A stretch of DNA of 64,000 bases from Balanoglossus misakiensis. Lineage: Eukaryota; Animalia; Hemichordata. Made by a program: the position numbers and the translations under genes. The stretch is taken from NCBI GenBank assembly GCA_040954595.2, contig CM082592.2, positions 10,093,677 through 10,157,676 on the forward strand. Reading direction: 5' to 3'. This document shows, one piece after another, positions 25,301 through 37,700 of the stretch. Numbering within the stretch: position 1 is the stretch's first letter; every line of letters begins with the position of its first letter. The notes under the pieces were generated by a model. That model was not told the DNA's origin, did not search any database, and saw nothing but the letters and a program-made list of their open reading frames with translations.

Positions 25301-28300
25301 TCATGTGATCATGGCCATGCAGTGAAAGTTTTGGTTGTTATATTGTAACAGTGTCATGTCATGTTATGTTCTGTCATGTTTTATTTGTTGTGCCAGGTGC
25401 TGCTTCCACTGTTTGTGCTGAAACACTGCGACAGGAAGGATTCAAAGGAAGGATTGTCATAGCAACCAAGGAAAAACATCTCCCCTATGATAGACCTAAA
25501 CTTAGTAAGGTAAGGAACCAAAATTGGTGAGACTGTGAGATGTACATGGTACCGGTAGGTGATGATGATGATGATGATGATGTCGGCTTTGACCACCTTT
25601 ATTTAGGCATTGGACAGTTCAGCTGCCGATATCGCACTCAGAGACCAGAACTTCTACTCCGTTTATGACATCGAAGTGTTGACAGAAAGAGAAGCTGTCT
25701 CCGTGGATACTGTACTGAATGCTGTCACCTTCCAAAATGGAGAAAGCATCAACTATGACCATCTTCTCATTGCTACAGGTGGAAGGTAATGTTATGTATT
25801 TGATGAAATTAGAAAGCAATATCATTAGGTAAAAGTTCACTTAGGTTTTGCTGACGCCCTTGTATGCTTATTTTTTCCAATCTCCATTCATGTTGGTATC
25901 CACAATTCCGATAAATCTGATTCTGAATCCATGTCTGTCTTGACCTCTTCTCATTTGCATACCACACGCAGACCCAGAGTACTTCCTATCCCAGGTCACG
26001 ATCTTCAGAATGTCTGCCTTCTGCGAACCCCTGATGATGCCAATGCCATTGCGTCAAATGCAAAGGGCAAACAGGTTGTCATTGTCGGCACGTCATTCAT
26101 AGGTAAGACTAGACAGTTCAAGAAGAAGATGTTGAGCGTAAAGTGTAGTTTGTATTTCCAAGACAACAAATATCGCTAAACATTGTTGCGCTTCTGAAAT
26201 CATGGTAATGCTATCACGAGAAGTGATGTACGCGTACAACCCTGTCATGTGAAGAATTCATTGCATGGTTTTGACGTTTCTCGACTGTTACAGGAATGGA
26301 AGTTGGGGCGTACCTCTCTGATAAGGCTGCTAGCATTTCTGCGATAGGTTTAGAAAAGACTCCCTTTGAACTTGCAGTTGGCCCACAAGTTGGAGGCGCC
26401 CTCCAGAGGGTACTGAACATTTACTTTTGTTTTATAGATATAAATTGTGCAAGAATATACATGTAGTGATTGAATTTCTGTGTATTGTGTGACTTAGGCA
26501 TGGAAGTGGCCAGCTATCTAGTTGACAAAGCCAATCATGTCACAGCCATTGGTCGCGGTAACACCGCATTTCAAGCATCTTTAGGAGAAAATGTAGGACT
26601 AGTACTTCAGAGGGTGAGGCTGTTTTCACTGTCGTGTCATGTCACCTCATGTCATGCATGGCCTGCCTGCTTGAACTGGTTGTCGTTTTATTATTTGCTG
26701 ATGTGTAGATTGCTTGCAATATACAGTTTTGGCTAACAAAGTTTTATTTTTACCTTCATTCTAACATTCATTTTACAATAGATCTAACTCTTCTTGCAAC
26801 TTCCGGGTTGAATGCTGTAACCAACGAATTCATTTTCTTTATAAAGGCGTTTTTGCTATCACTAATGCATTGCATGCTAGGTGTCTGCTATCTCAGACTA
26901 CAATATCTCTTGAACTGAAGCACTTGTGCCTCACCAAGTCGAATAAATCAGGGTATCTCACTAAATCAAGCTGTGTACTACATAGCCTTGACTTGGGTGA
27001 CAACCCTTATAGACAATAATCTCTATCCATGAATGCTGTCATCGATGTCATTTAGACTTAGGTATCTGCCGCTAATGCCTGGATACTAGAACATTTACAT
27101 TTTATCTTTAGGACACCTGCCTGCATGTTCTTGCTGTTTTAGTGTGCATATTTGCACCGATCTTTTCCTCGTGCTTTACTTGTTGGCATGATTAAAGCCA
27201 GGCACTACACAATGCATCAGCATGTTACAGTATCTGCATTTCTGTTTAGATGCTGGAAGAAAAGAATGTGAAATTCTTCATGAACAACAGTGCTAAGGCA
27301 TTCCATGGAGAAAACGGCAAACTCAAATCCGTGGAATTGGCGTCTGGAGAGACTCTGCCAGCTGACCTTTGTGTTGTCGGTGCTGGGGTCATTCCCACCA
27401 CAGAGTTCCTGAAAGAGAGTGGCCTCACCATGAATGCAAGAAACCAACTCTCAGTTGATAAGGTAACATTTGCATTTATAGCAAGGAAACAAACTAACCA
27501 TCCCTGTTTTAGGTACATGTATTGCATGCACAAATGCTCCAAAAATTTCAGGATAATATTGGTATACTAAGTTGGTAGAATACTTGACTGAAACAGTGTC
27601 CACACAAGAAATGAAAGTTAAAAATTTATTTCTGCCTTTTTGCAGTTCATGAGGACAAGTAAGTCCAACGTGTATGCAGCAGGTGACATCGTTGAGTTTC
27701 CTCTGACAATGCTGAACGATGAAAGAGTTAATATTCAACATTGGCAGATTGCTCATATGCATGGTAAGTACAGTGCACCTGTCTGAGACAGACACCAGTG
27801 GACTGAGAAAGTTTGTTTGTTTGCTGGTTGCTCATTAAGTGTATACACATTTACCTCCCTTCCCCTTTCTCTCTCTCAGGTCGTATTGCCGCTCTGAATA
27901 TGCTGGGTCAAGACACAGAAGTGAACACAGTTCCATATTTCTGGACAATGATGTTGGGCAAGAGTCTCCGATTTACAGGTTTGTTCAGGTTCTCATTAGA
28001 TTGTCGATGTTTCACTTCATCCAACTGTAGATTTTTAGTTGTTGTCTGCTACTTGTGAATTCATTCAGAAAGGCTTTGTCATTTATTTACAGGATACAAT
28101 GTTGGCTATGATGATGTTGTCATTGAAGGAAACCCAGAAGAATTACAGTTTGTTGCGTATTACACCAGGTCAGTAGTTGAAACATCTGTTATTGTTTTAG
28201 TCTGCAAGATGATGCTAGAACAAATCTAATCTAATAAGCGATACATCTATATATCTGAATTTCAATGTCAAAGGATCAAAGCTAATGAAAGTCATGTGTT

Positions 28301-28566
28301 TTGCAGGGGAGACAATGTGGTGGCTGTGGCTAGTATGAATTCTGATCCAGCAGTCTCTCAAGCTGCAGAGATGTTCCAAGCAGGAAAGGAAATCAGAAAA
28401 TCTGAGCTGCAGTAAGTCATATACTTTATGGAATTCACTAGTACCTCATTGTATACAACTTTTGAATTTACGTTTCTAGTAAATGTATATTGTGTGAATA
28501 ACTCTCAAAACGTTCTCCTTTCTGTCCCACAGGGGTGACAAGAATTACTGGAAGAGCCTTCTGTAG
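22332..28566 (+). CDS. AIFM3: Apoptosis-inducing factor 3 (Rieske 2Fe-2S plus FAD/NAD(P)H oxidoreductase); an in-frame upstream ATG at 22047 would add 95 aa
   Basis: MGICSSK start; Rieske motifs CTHYGAPL and CPWHGACF; FAD motif VLVGGGAAS; [10 protein letters not shown]; LIATGG; NAD(P)H motif [11 protein letters not shown]; VYAAGD; [15 protein letters not shown]; VPYFWT; ends [10 protein letters not shown] at 28566. All junctions read are GT-AG and in frame. Confidence 0.95.
26294..26409 (+). other. AIFM3: AIFM3 mutually exclusive exon A ([39 protein letters not shown])
   Basis: 116 nt, from acag| to |gtactg. Phase 1 in, phase 0 out; in frame with the flanking exons ending at 26102 and starting at 27250. 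Confidence 0.88.
26498..26613 (+). other. AIFM3: AIFM3 mutually exclusive exon B ([39 protein letters not shown])
   Basis: 116 nt, from ttag| to |gtgagg. Same phases as exon A and aligns to it without gaps. Confidence 0.88.
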
Positions 28567-29234
28567 TCATCCATTCCTGACGCAGCATTGGAGGAAACAT
28601 TTTGGCAGAAGCACTTGCAAAAGATATATTTACCTTTGGAGAGATTTTATAATTTCACATTGTTCTATATTCGATATATAAACTCAGTAACTTCAATACT
28701 TTGTACATATTTCTACTCTGTCTTCCTTAATTCAATTGTCATGTAAGAATTGAAGAAAATTGTTTTCTTGGGTGCAATTATGCAAAGAAATGAATTGGAC
28801 AATAGGATAGTGGAAATGAATTATATCATTTTATATCAATCAATTCTTAAGTTTGCAATTTCAGTTATTTACAGTATTTCCTTGGGACGTTGATCATAGC
28901 CATTATGAAAGTCACAGAAATATCAATCCATATATTTGTTTTGCATATTTTTTTTATTTTCGCAATCAGTAAATCACAATACATGTATACCATATTCAAG
29001 TAAATCTCTGTGTTCATGAGAAATCGCATAATTTCACAATAAAATGACTATTGGGCATCTGGTGATGTCCATTAAGTATGCAAATCATATCTTGTTGTCT
29101 CTGTGCTCAGATTTAATGAAATAAGTTCATGCATGTAACGTCACACACATACACAAACACACAAACAAAATCATGACAGAACTGCCTTGAATCGCTTCAC
29201 TGTAAAAAAAAATATAGTGCATATTTTCACTGTT

Positions 29235-30090
29235 CTAATAATCTCCCCATCTCTTTGTAATATTCAAATGTTCAAAATGTTTGTCCATAGTTTTATGTTC
29301 CGGCAGTGAGTGAATCCTGGCTGCTCTCAATTTGGCCTCTTCTGCATCTTTTCTGACACCTTCAATTTGGTGGTCTTCAATCTGTTCTGCCTGGAAATGG
29401 AGAAATAACAGAGATTGTATAGACAATTGTATCACAATGAAAACTGACTGGGACTTTTACACTTGAGGCAATAATAGTAGACTTACATGACTCAGGAACG
29501 GTCGACTCAACAGCCTATCATTCTCAGCTTCTCTTTCCAGTCTATTTTGTAAATTTCTCAACATAAATGTGGTGATAATACGGGGCCTACGGTGTTTTCT
29601 GCAAAGAGATGAAGACTTCTGTTAATCCAATGTCCATCTACTTCATATAATTCCTCCGAACCGTCTGCTAACAACCCCCCCCCTAAAAATCCTCCACCCT
29701 CCCCGGAAATCAATGGTTCTCCCTAGCCCTACCACCCCGCCCCCTTCATACCCAACAGCATGCTAGAGAGAGAGTACAGTGGTAGGACTACAGACTCGCA
29801 GCAAACGCACTGCAAGATATTGGACACGCGAAATTGCCAAGGCTATATAATAGAGTAATGATTCCAATGTGTTTTTGTCCTGTGTATAATACACAGAACC
29901 ATCAGTCACAGTCATGTTCAGAAAATGCATTATCCTCTCTTGGAATTTAGGATGTGGATGGTGGCCATCTTCAGCAACAGCATAACACCCATGGTAAGTA
30001 ATGAACCCGTGATGCTTACCCTGTCCACTGCAGACCTGGTACTTTGCGACCCCGTGGCCTGTGTGCCAATAACACTCTTGTCAACCACAT
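29235..30090 (-). CDS. MRPL57: Mitochondrial large ribosomal subunit protein mL63
   Basis: Three exons: MWLTRVLLAHRPRGRKVPGLQWTG-KHRRPRIITTFMLRNLQNRLEREAENDRLLSRPFLSH-AEQ...LPEHKTMDKHFEHLNITKRWGDY*. Matches the mL63 motifs PGxQWxGKHRRPR, ExEN and HLNxTKxW. Confidence 0.92.
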
Positions 30091-30762
30091 GACTTTATGT
30101 TATTGCTGCTACACTGAAGTCTTCAAACAATCACCTCTTGATTCACAAATCAAAGCATGCCTTCTGCTGTGTACGACGAACAGACATGTGACGTGTCTGA
30201 GCGCCATCAGTGGTCAATAATAAGCGGGGCTTTCGTTTTTCTCTCTATAAGAGACATATCTGTTTTTGATAGTTTATTCGTAAACATGAACGCACTTAAA
30301 CTTGCACATACATGTACTAGTAAACTATCAGCTAAATAATTCGATCAGGCGTACCTGGCCGGATCATAATCATGATAATTGTTAGCACTATGCGAGATTC
30401 ATTGGGCGTGGCACCGTCAGCGTCGCATCGACACGTCGCGCGTCGTTCCCGGTAGGAATGGAACTTCGAGCTTCGGAGCAGCTAGTCACGTGGTTCACCG
30501 TGCAAAATAGAACAAGAACAAGCTAAGGCGACGCGTTGTAAACTAAAGAGTACGTATACGACGAAAGGCATTGATGGAAACCTTGTGATATAAAAGTTAT
30601 ATCACTTTTGAAAGTGATGAAATTATTCGGGGTTGGACGACATCACATCAGAGTGAAGTATCTGTCGGGATAAGCCGAAGAAACTGACTGCGGATCGGAA
30701 GATTACAGGAGATACATGTACCAAGTTTTCTTATATGGTATTTGTTGAGAATTAACACAGCT

Positions 30763-33700
30763 ATGACCAGACGAACAACGTATACCTACGAAGAAAAACA
30801 TTTTCCGTACGCGTCTACGGAGGTGGAGGAGTGTCGACGCCACGGGTACGTGCTGTCGGACAGGAATTTGGGAAGTGGAGCCTACGCGAAAGTAAAACTA
30901 GCACACGTCATGGAAAACAAGTTGGACAAAAATGCAAAGTTAGCGTTTGATTTGAAAAAGAAAGAACATAACATGGTAAGTAAGAGTCTTGTATTTTTAA
31001 TAACATCTGACTTTTGTTTTTATATAGAAAAAGCACAATCTGACAACACAGAGCATGGGCACCAGTCTTGAAGTTTTATACTCTGGAACTTTTAGGCCCT
31101 AACTTTTTTTAAATGTATGTGTTGATTTTGTTTTTCTTAAAGGTCGCCGTCAAAATCATTTCAAAGAAAGAAGCGCCTTCAGAATACATACACAAATTTC
31201 TACCCAGAGAAATAGATGCGATGAAGATCACACACAGGCATGGAAATTTGGTAAGAGAAAATGTTCAGTGAAGATTTCTGCATTTGTAAAGATTATATGC
31301 TTATCCTCCATACAGTTTTGCCAATGCATCTGTAATACAATATTATTAATGATTTCATTTTTAATCTCTCTAGATCCAGCTGTATGACACTTTCTATAGC
31401 GACCTCAGGGTCTACCTTGTGTTGGAGTTTGCAGCTGGGGGAGACCTGTTGGAATTTATCAACAACACCTCACTGAAGAATGGACTTGGAGGAATTGGTG
31501 AAGAGATGTCCAGAAGACTCTTCAAGCAGTTGGTGTCCGGAATTGCTCACTGTCATCAGCTCAATGTGGTTCATAGGTGAGAGACTGTGATGTCATCATG
31601 TTATTGTGGGTCAAATGTGATTTGCTGGGTAAAGGTTCTTAGGTCAGGGTGCAGTGTGTTGTCAGTTTCTTTCAAAGCAAGTATATTTAGAATGTTTCAT
31701 ACATCACTTACACTTCATAAGTTTATATCTTCTTTTTAATTTCCAGGGATTTGAAATGTGAAAATATCTTATTGGATGAGTACAATAATGTTAAAATAAC
31801 AGGTAAGTGACTATGTTTCTTCTTGTCCAAGTTTTGAACTATAGTTTGAAAAATAAAACCATGAAAACCATGTGAACCAGGGTTAAGACTCAGGAATGAA
31901 CTTCATCATAGTGGATTGACATGAGATGTATCTTTTTGTGGTTCTCTCGACAGATTTTGGATTTGCCGCAAAAGTTCCTAACAACAACAAATCACATCTT
32001 ATGAAAACATTTTGTGGATCCTATGCCTATGCAGCGCCAGAAATATTAAATGCTACACATTATGATGGGAAACTTGCTGACATTTGGAGCCTGTAAGTCC
32101 TATATCTATATATTTAATATGTATTATTGGATTTTGATAACACGAAGGAGGACCTACAAATTCACAATCCAATGAAATTATTTCATTTTCATCTATAATG
32201 ATCTTGCATCCTGAATATATATGCTTCACAGACATTGAAATTCTATCTCATTTTTTTTTACAGAGGTGTGATTCTGTTTGCAATGGTGAATGGCAAACTT
32301 CCATTCAATGACAACAACCTGAAGACCTTGTTGGAACAGACGAAGCAAAAACTTGACTTCAAGCCGTGGATAACACAAGGTGAGTTTGTCGGTTCCCATT
32401 CGGTAATGCTGTTGGTTTGAAACCCAGACTGAACCATTTATAGGCAAGAGCAGGAGTACATTTTCGACATTTTTATTTCTGATTTCTTTCAGAGTGTCAA
32501 GAACTTATACGCAAGTTGCTCCGGGTAAAGCCACTGGCAAGGCCAAAAATCAATGACATCTTACGACATTCTTGGATTACTCGAGGCGCTCCTAAGAGTC
32601 CAAGACTCAGGGTATGAAAGTGTATTCATTTTCCGATGCTTTAGTTTGAATGATAGGCCCATATTTGATGATGAGGGAGTTTATATGAAGAATCATTTTT
32701 CATGGGATGTTCATGATGTCTTTGTTTGTCATTTCCACAGAGATTCCTTGAGTGTGCCGATGTGTGCAGCATATCCCGGGAGGATATGAGTATAGAGGAC
32801 ATTGAAGATGAGATAGAGGAATTTCAGTCCATTCCGAATGCTGTGATCTCCAGGAAAACACCATCTTTGAGAATGTACAAGGCACCAGGAGCCAGTCGGA
32901 GAATTACACTATCATCAGGTAGGGGCGGCAGGCAAATTTACACATTCAGAGATTTTAGAGTCATGGCTTTCCAAGTGTTATGATTTTTAAGACAGCCATG
33001 TTACATAAATGTCTGCCATGTAACCTCATCAGCTATTTTTCTTGTTCCACCAGTCAAGCGGCCAAACACTGGCGCACACTGCCAAGATCTTGTGTTGAAT
33101 GGCGAAAATGCTCTGAGAAATGCACCAAACTCAAGTTCAACTGCAGAGGGCGCTCCAGCACAGGCTGGGGCCACAGTGGCACAGCCAAAGCAAAAACCGA
33201 GGTACACCGCGTCGAAGCTACTTCAGCAGAAGAAAAAGAAAGCCAATGAAATCCGTGAGAAGAAACTTCTGGATGCCCATGCGGCTGGTGAGAGCTTGAC
33301 TGCCAAGAATGTTTACAAGCAAACAAAAGTGACATCCACAGCCACACAGGGCAGCAGCAAAGAAAAGAGGAAGGAGAAAAAGCGACAAGAAATGCGACGA
33401 AGGCTTCTTGGAATACCAATGTTGTATGGAGATTACAAAGACTACGTGAAACCAAGGAGTTACGAGAAGCCCTCACTGTTCCTGGGACCGTTGCAGGGAC
33501 TCGGAGCCTTGTCACAGAAGGGGAACCTAGACCACGCGGAGGCTCGTCTGGACATGCCAAACATCGGCGCAGGCGTACCACTACCTGCACTGCCGCCTGC
33601 CCTGAAGGAGAAATTGAAGGATGAGGCTGTTACCATGTCATTCCGGTACAAATATTCCAAAGAAAGGAAGCTGGAGACCTCCAAGGATGCGACGGCAAAG

Positions 33701-33985
33701 CCGAAATATCAGAAGTTGAAGGATGAAAATAAAAAGAGTAAATCGCATCCGGATACGTTTATGCAGCGCCGAGCCAAACAGGCTCTGGAAAATCACGTCA
33801 AGAGTCTAACCGACAACTCCTTGTCGTACACTCACAGGAAAACCCCAACCAGTGATTCTAAGTGGTTGAGTGTTCCGTTTGCACCGAAGGACAGTAGATA
33901 TCTCTCTCCGTACATAGCATCGAAGTTCAAGGGACAGAAGTTTCCCAGTCTCAACAACAAGGCCGCCAAGGTGGTGGTGAATTAG
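30763..33985 (+). CDS. TSSK5: Testis-specific serine/threonine kinase, TSSK5-like, with a long basic C-terminal tail
   Basis: Nine exons. Motifs: LGSGAYAKVK, a TSSK5-type insert (KNAKLAFDLKKKEHNMVAVK), KFLPREI, HRDLKCENILLD, DFGFA, KTFCGSYAYAAPE, YDGKLADIWSLG. The last exon 33054-33985 is K/R-rich. Confidence 0.85.
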
Positions 33986-34716
33986 ATTTTTGCAAATGTC
34001 ATTATTGCAAAAATGAAGATTATTCTCAAAAGAAAATTTCCTAGAGACGTCACTCTTGGGAATGTGGCACTAAAGTGTGCCATTCAGAGTGGAGTAATCT
34101 AGCCATGTTTTTTTCCGACTTTCAAATTTTCAAAGAAGTGGTTCGAGAAGTATCAGTACAGCTTCATGAAGCAGACACCAACATTATACACAAGAAGCAG
34201 TAAGCCAAAAAATAAATTCAACTTGTGTTACTGAGGACTTCAAACAAAACAGAAACAAATTATCGTTGAAATTCCAAATCTGAATTTTTATTGCATGATA
34301 CTTGTACATGTACTTATATACACATGAAAAAGATACATTAATAAAAATCTGATTTCACATTTTACGTTAAGTATATTGCAGGTTTATCAGTGCTACAAAC
34401 ATACACATACTTGGAAATATTAAAAAGACTTCATAATTCACTACATGTTTTGTGCCAGAAATGACATTTGTTGTAAGCATTTGATCAGTCTGTTGCCTTT
34501 CTCAATTCATGATAAATCCTTTCTGTCAAAACATGTCCGTCGGTAATAGTACATACCATAATGTGACTAGTGATTTAAACTGTACACATGTCAGTATCTC
34601 TTGATCTAGAACTCAAAATCTTTCCACAATGATGTATACAAGTAAATCCACAAATGGCTTGTTTTTCCCAAAGCTTCCCATAATTTTCTACATCTCCGAC
34701 ATCAACAAGTCCAACA

Positions 34717-37700
34717 CTACCATGCACTGAAGTTTCCAAATCCTCCAGAGCTTTTTGCTTTCTTCTTTGATACGTATGATGACGATGATGATGAAGTGGA
34801 TTCCTCTTCTGTAGACCTTTTTGATGAGCTGTTGGACAAAAGATTGTGCGGGAAAGGTTATAACTACTGTCCTCTCAGTGAAACTAACTTTATGCATGAA
34901 ACATTGCAAGACATCCAAAAATAGTTCCATATATATTTCAACACATTTCTCTTCTGTGAATTTCCCATAAAATCCCTGCATTCTTTACTCTGTCGTAGTA
35001 CCACTTCCTTAACCATTACAACTTGCATACTGGAAATTCCAAGAATCGTTTCCTCATTACCTTGCTGCTGGCGATATGTATTTGCCGACACCAGCTTTGT
35101 AGACTTTGGGAGCTTCTTCAGTCTTGGGTACCACTGCTACGCTGGATGAAGCCTCTTCTGCTTTTTCCCTAGCATCTTTCTCTCTTCGCTTCTTCAGCTA
35201 CAAAAGATGACAAAAAAACACTTAATAATGCTACTCTTTGTTTGAGTCATTATAATCAGAAAGTGTGGGTTATGGGAACCAGATGATTATATGGAGGGAG
35301 CTTCATGCAATTCTTGTGAATGTAGCAGTGACTAGCTGTGTCAAATATTATTTTACCTTTTCATCAGCTTCTTCAAAGGGATTGACAAACACTTTGATGG
35401 TTTCTATGGTGATATCTTCCTTGGGTTTGTCTTTTTTGTCGGTTTCCACGGCTTCCATGGCAGTCAGTATGTCCAATCCACCCACAACCCTGTAACGACA
35501 AACACAGAGCAGTGTCTAACAGCAGATTTCAAAATCATCAGTTAATCGGTTTGAGAACATGGTATGATGAGACCACATGCAATGCTGATAGCCTTGTGAT
35601 GTCATCTTCATAATTTGATGAATTCTTTGTGTATTTTGTACAACATGGCATATGACAATACCAAGCATTACATTCAAATCAATTTTTTGCTGGAAAAAAA
35701 ATCACAAATAATCCACTAAGCAAAAACCATTATACAGCAAATGTCAACTGTCAAAACCAGATGTCCAGACCACTAAAATACATTGAAAACACCCTAGAAA
35801 TTATGCGATTGATTTTGTAGACTATACAAATGGGCAGAAAAGGCGACTTTCCGTCTAAACTAAATCAACCATTGATAAAATGTTTGTTTGAATCTTGCGC
35901 AATCTTTGAGGTAAATTACTGCACAGAATTCATTGTTGCATCGCGGAAAGGATTTTCCAGGATCTATGTTGAATCTGTTGATAGTCGGTCAAATTTCAGA
36001 TATTGCTAATACTCACCTTCCAAAGACAGAGTGCTTGTTATCCAAATGTCTGCATGATCTGTATGTGATAAAACTGAAAACAAAACAGAAGACGGAAAAT
36101 AATCTCCAGAAAGACTGATTTGTCAGTTTAGAAAAAGATTAGCTATTATCTCAGACTGCAAAACAAATTGAGATGTGTTTACACAGTGCAATACATACAT
36201 GTCTGACCATTCAACTCAATCAATAGTTGTCTGGGTGAGGCATCATGCTATATTTAGGATTCCCCTCTGAACCCATAAGACTGGTAAATTTGCATAATAA
36301 TACAGCAAGAGGTCACTAGTTGCATGACCTATGACCTGCGGGGTCAAGATGTCTTTCTACAACAATGAGTAGTATAAAACAGGACATCATGAGACCACCT
36401 CATTATGTTTTATTGCCTGTTTGCCTCATTCACCTGTATTTAATGTCACTTGTTATTACAGGCATTGATTGGGTAGGGTATTAAAGCCAAGTATTTGTGT
36501 CATTATTTGGTTCACATTTGACAACAGCCACTGTGAACACACAAAGGCCGAATGATAACCTATCATTAGGTTAATCAGTCCTTGTACACATTGACACTGA
36601 AATTTTTCCTGCAATCAGTGGTGTGCAAGCGAGAGTGGAAGACTTACAACTGGGATTTGTTGGTATTTGTTCCAGAGTTGGCCATACTGAGAATGCCTCG
36701 ACCAGAATGGGTCAGATTTGGTTTAAACTCGTCTCTGAATGCGCCGCCCCAGGCTGACTCACCACCTGTGGAACAGAAAAAAGTACACATAATTTAAACA
36801 ATTCTATCACATCAAACTCTGAATTCTCTTGCTACACAGATGAGATAGATTATTTTTTTTTCCAATCCATACCTTTCCCTGTACCTGTTGGATCACCTCC
36901 TTGGATCTGAGGAAGAAAATCCAAAATGATCATGTTAAAATGTATAGCCATTGCATAAGCAGAATAGGGGCAGTGCTTGGTTTTCATTTGTTATATTGAT
37001 AGCAAGTTTGATGCAGCAAAATTCTGTCATGACTGCGTGACATTTTACTTCTCCTCTGTGAGACACTATCCTCTCCATCTTACCATAAAGTTTCTGATCG
37101 ATCTGTGGAACACCATATCGTTGTAATATCCTCTGGAACTCAGTAGAATAAAATTTTCACATGTCTTGGGCACCTGTGGAGAGAAAAAATATATATTCCT
37201 CTTGTTACTCCAGCAACTACACCATAAGTATATTAAATATAATTGGTGTTGTAATTTTTCCACCTTTAAGTTAATATATGGACTATTTACAAAACTGGTC
37301 TTACTTTTCAGACTTACCATGTCACAGTGGAGTTCCACATTTAAATGTCCTTTATTTGTCATGATTCTTGCATATCCCTTTGATTTGACCAGTTGGTATC
37401 TGACAATATCTTCATCAATGACGGCTGTAATCAATCAGCAACATAGAAACATCAACTGAATATTTTCTAATAGTACAACTGCATGTTTAGTGATAGTGGT
37501 CCTCGACTGTTTAATGTAAATCTTGAGAGAAGAACACTTTCTGTGAGGGCGCTATACCTACCAGCTTCATGTTCTGTTACTGGTGCTGATGCCGTTGATG
37601 TAAAACCCGCAGCCACCGCTCCTGTGCTGTAGTGAGCCTGAAAGGATGATTTAATGAAAGAATAAAAAACATGTCAGTAATTCTTGATATCTTACAAATG

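Noticed and set aside
26294-26613. Exons A and B as an assembly duplication or as two constitutive exons
   Set aside because: They are well diverged in nucleotide sequence with unrelated flanks, and joint inclusion causes an immediate stop.
33054-33590. 178-aa minus-strand ORF, and similar antisense ORFs such as 40939-41307, 16554-16829 and 20569-20961
   Set aside because: They are shadows of real exons on the opposite strand, with no recognisable motifs.
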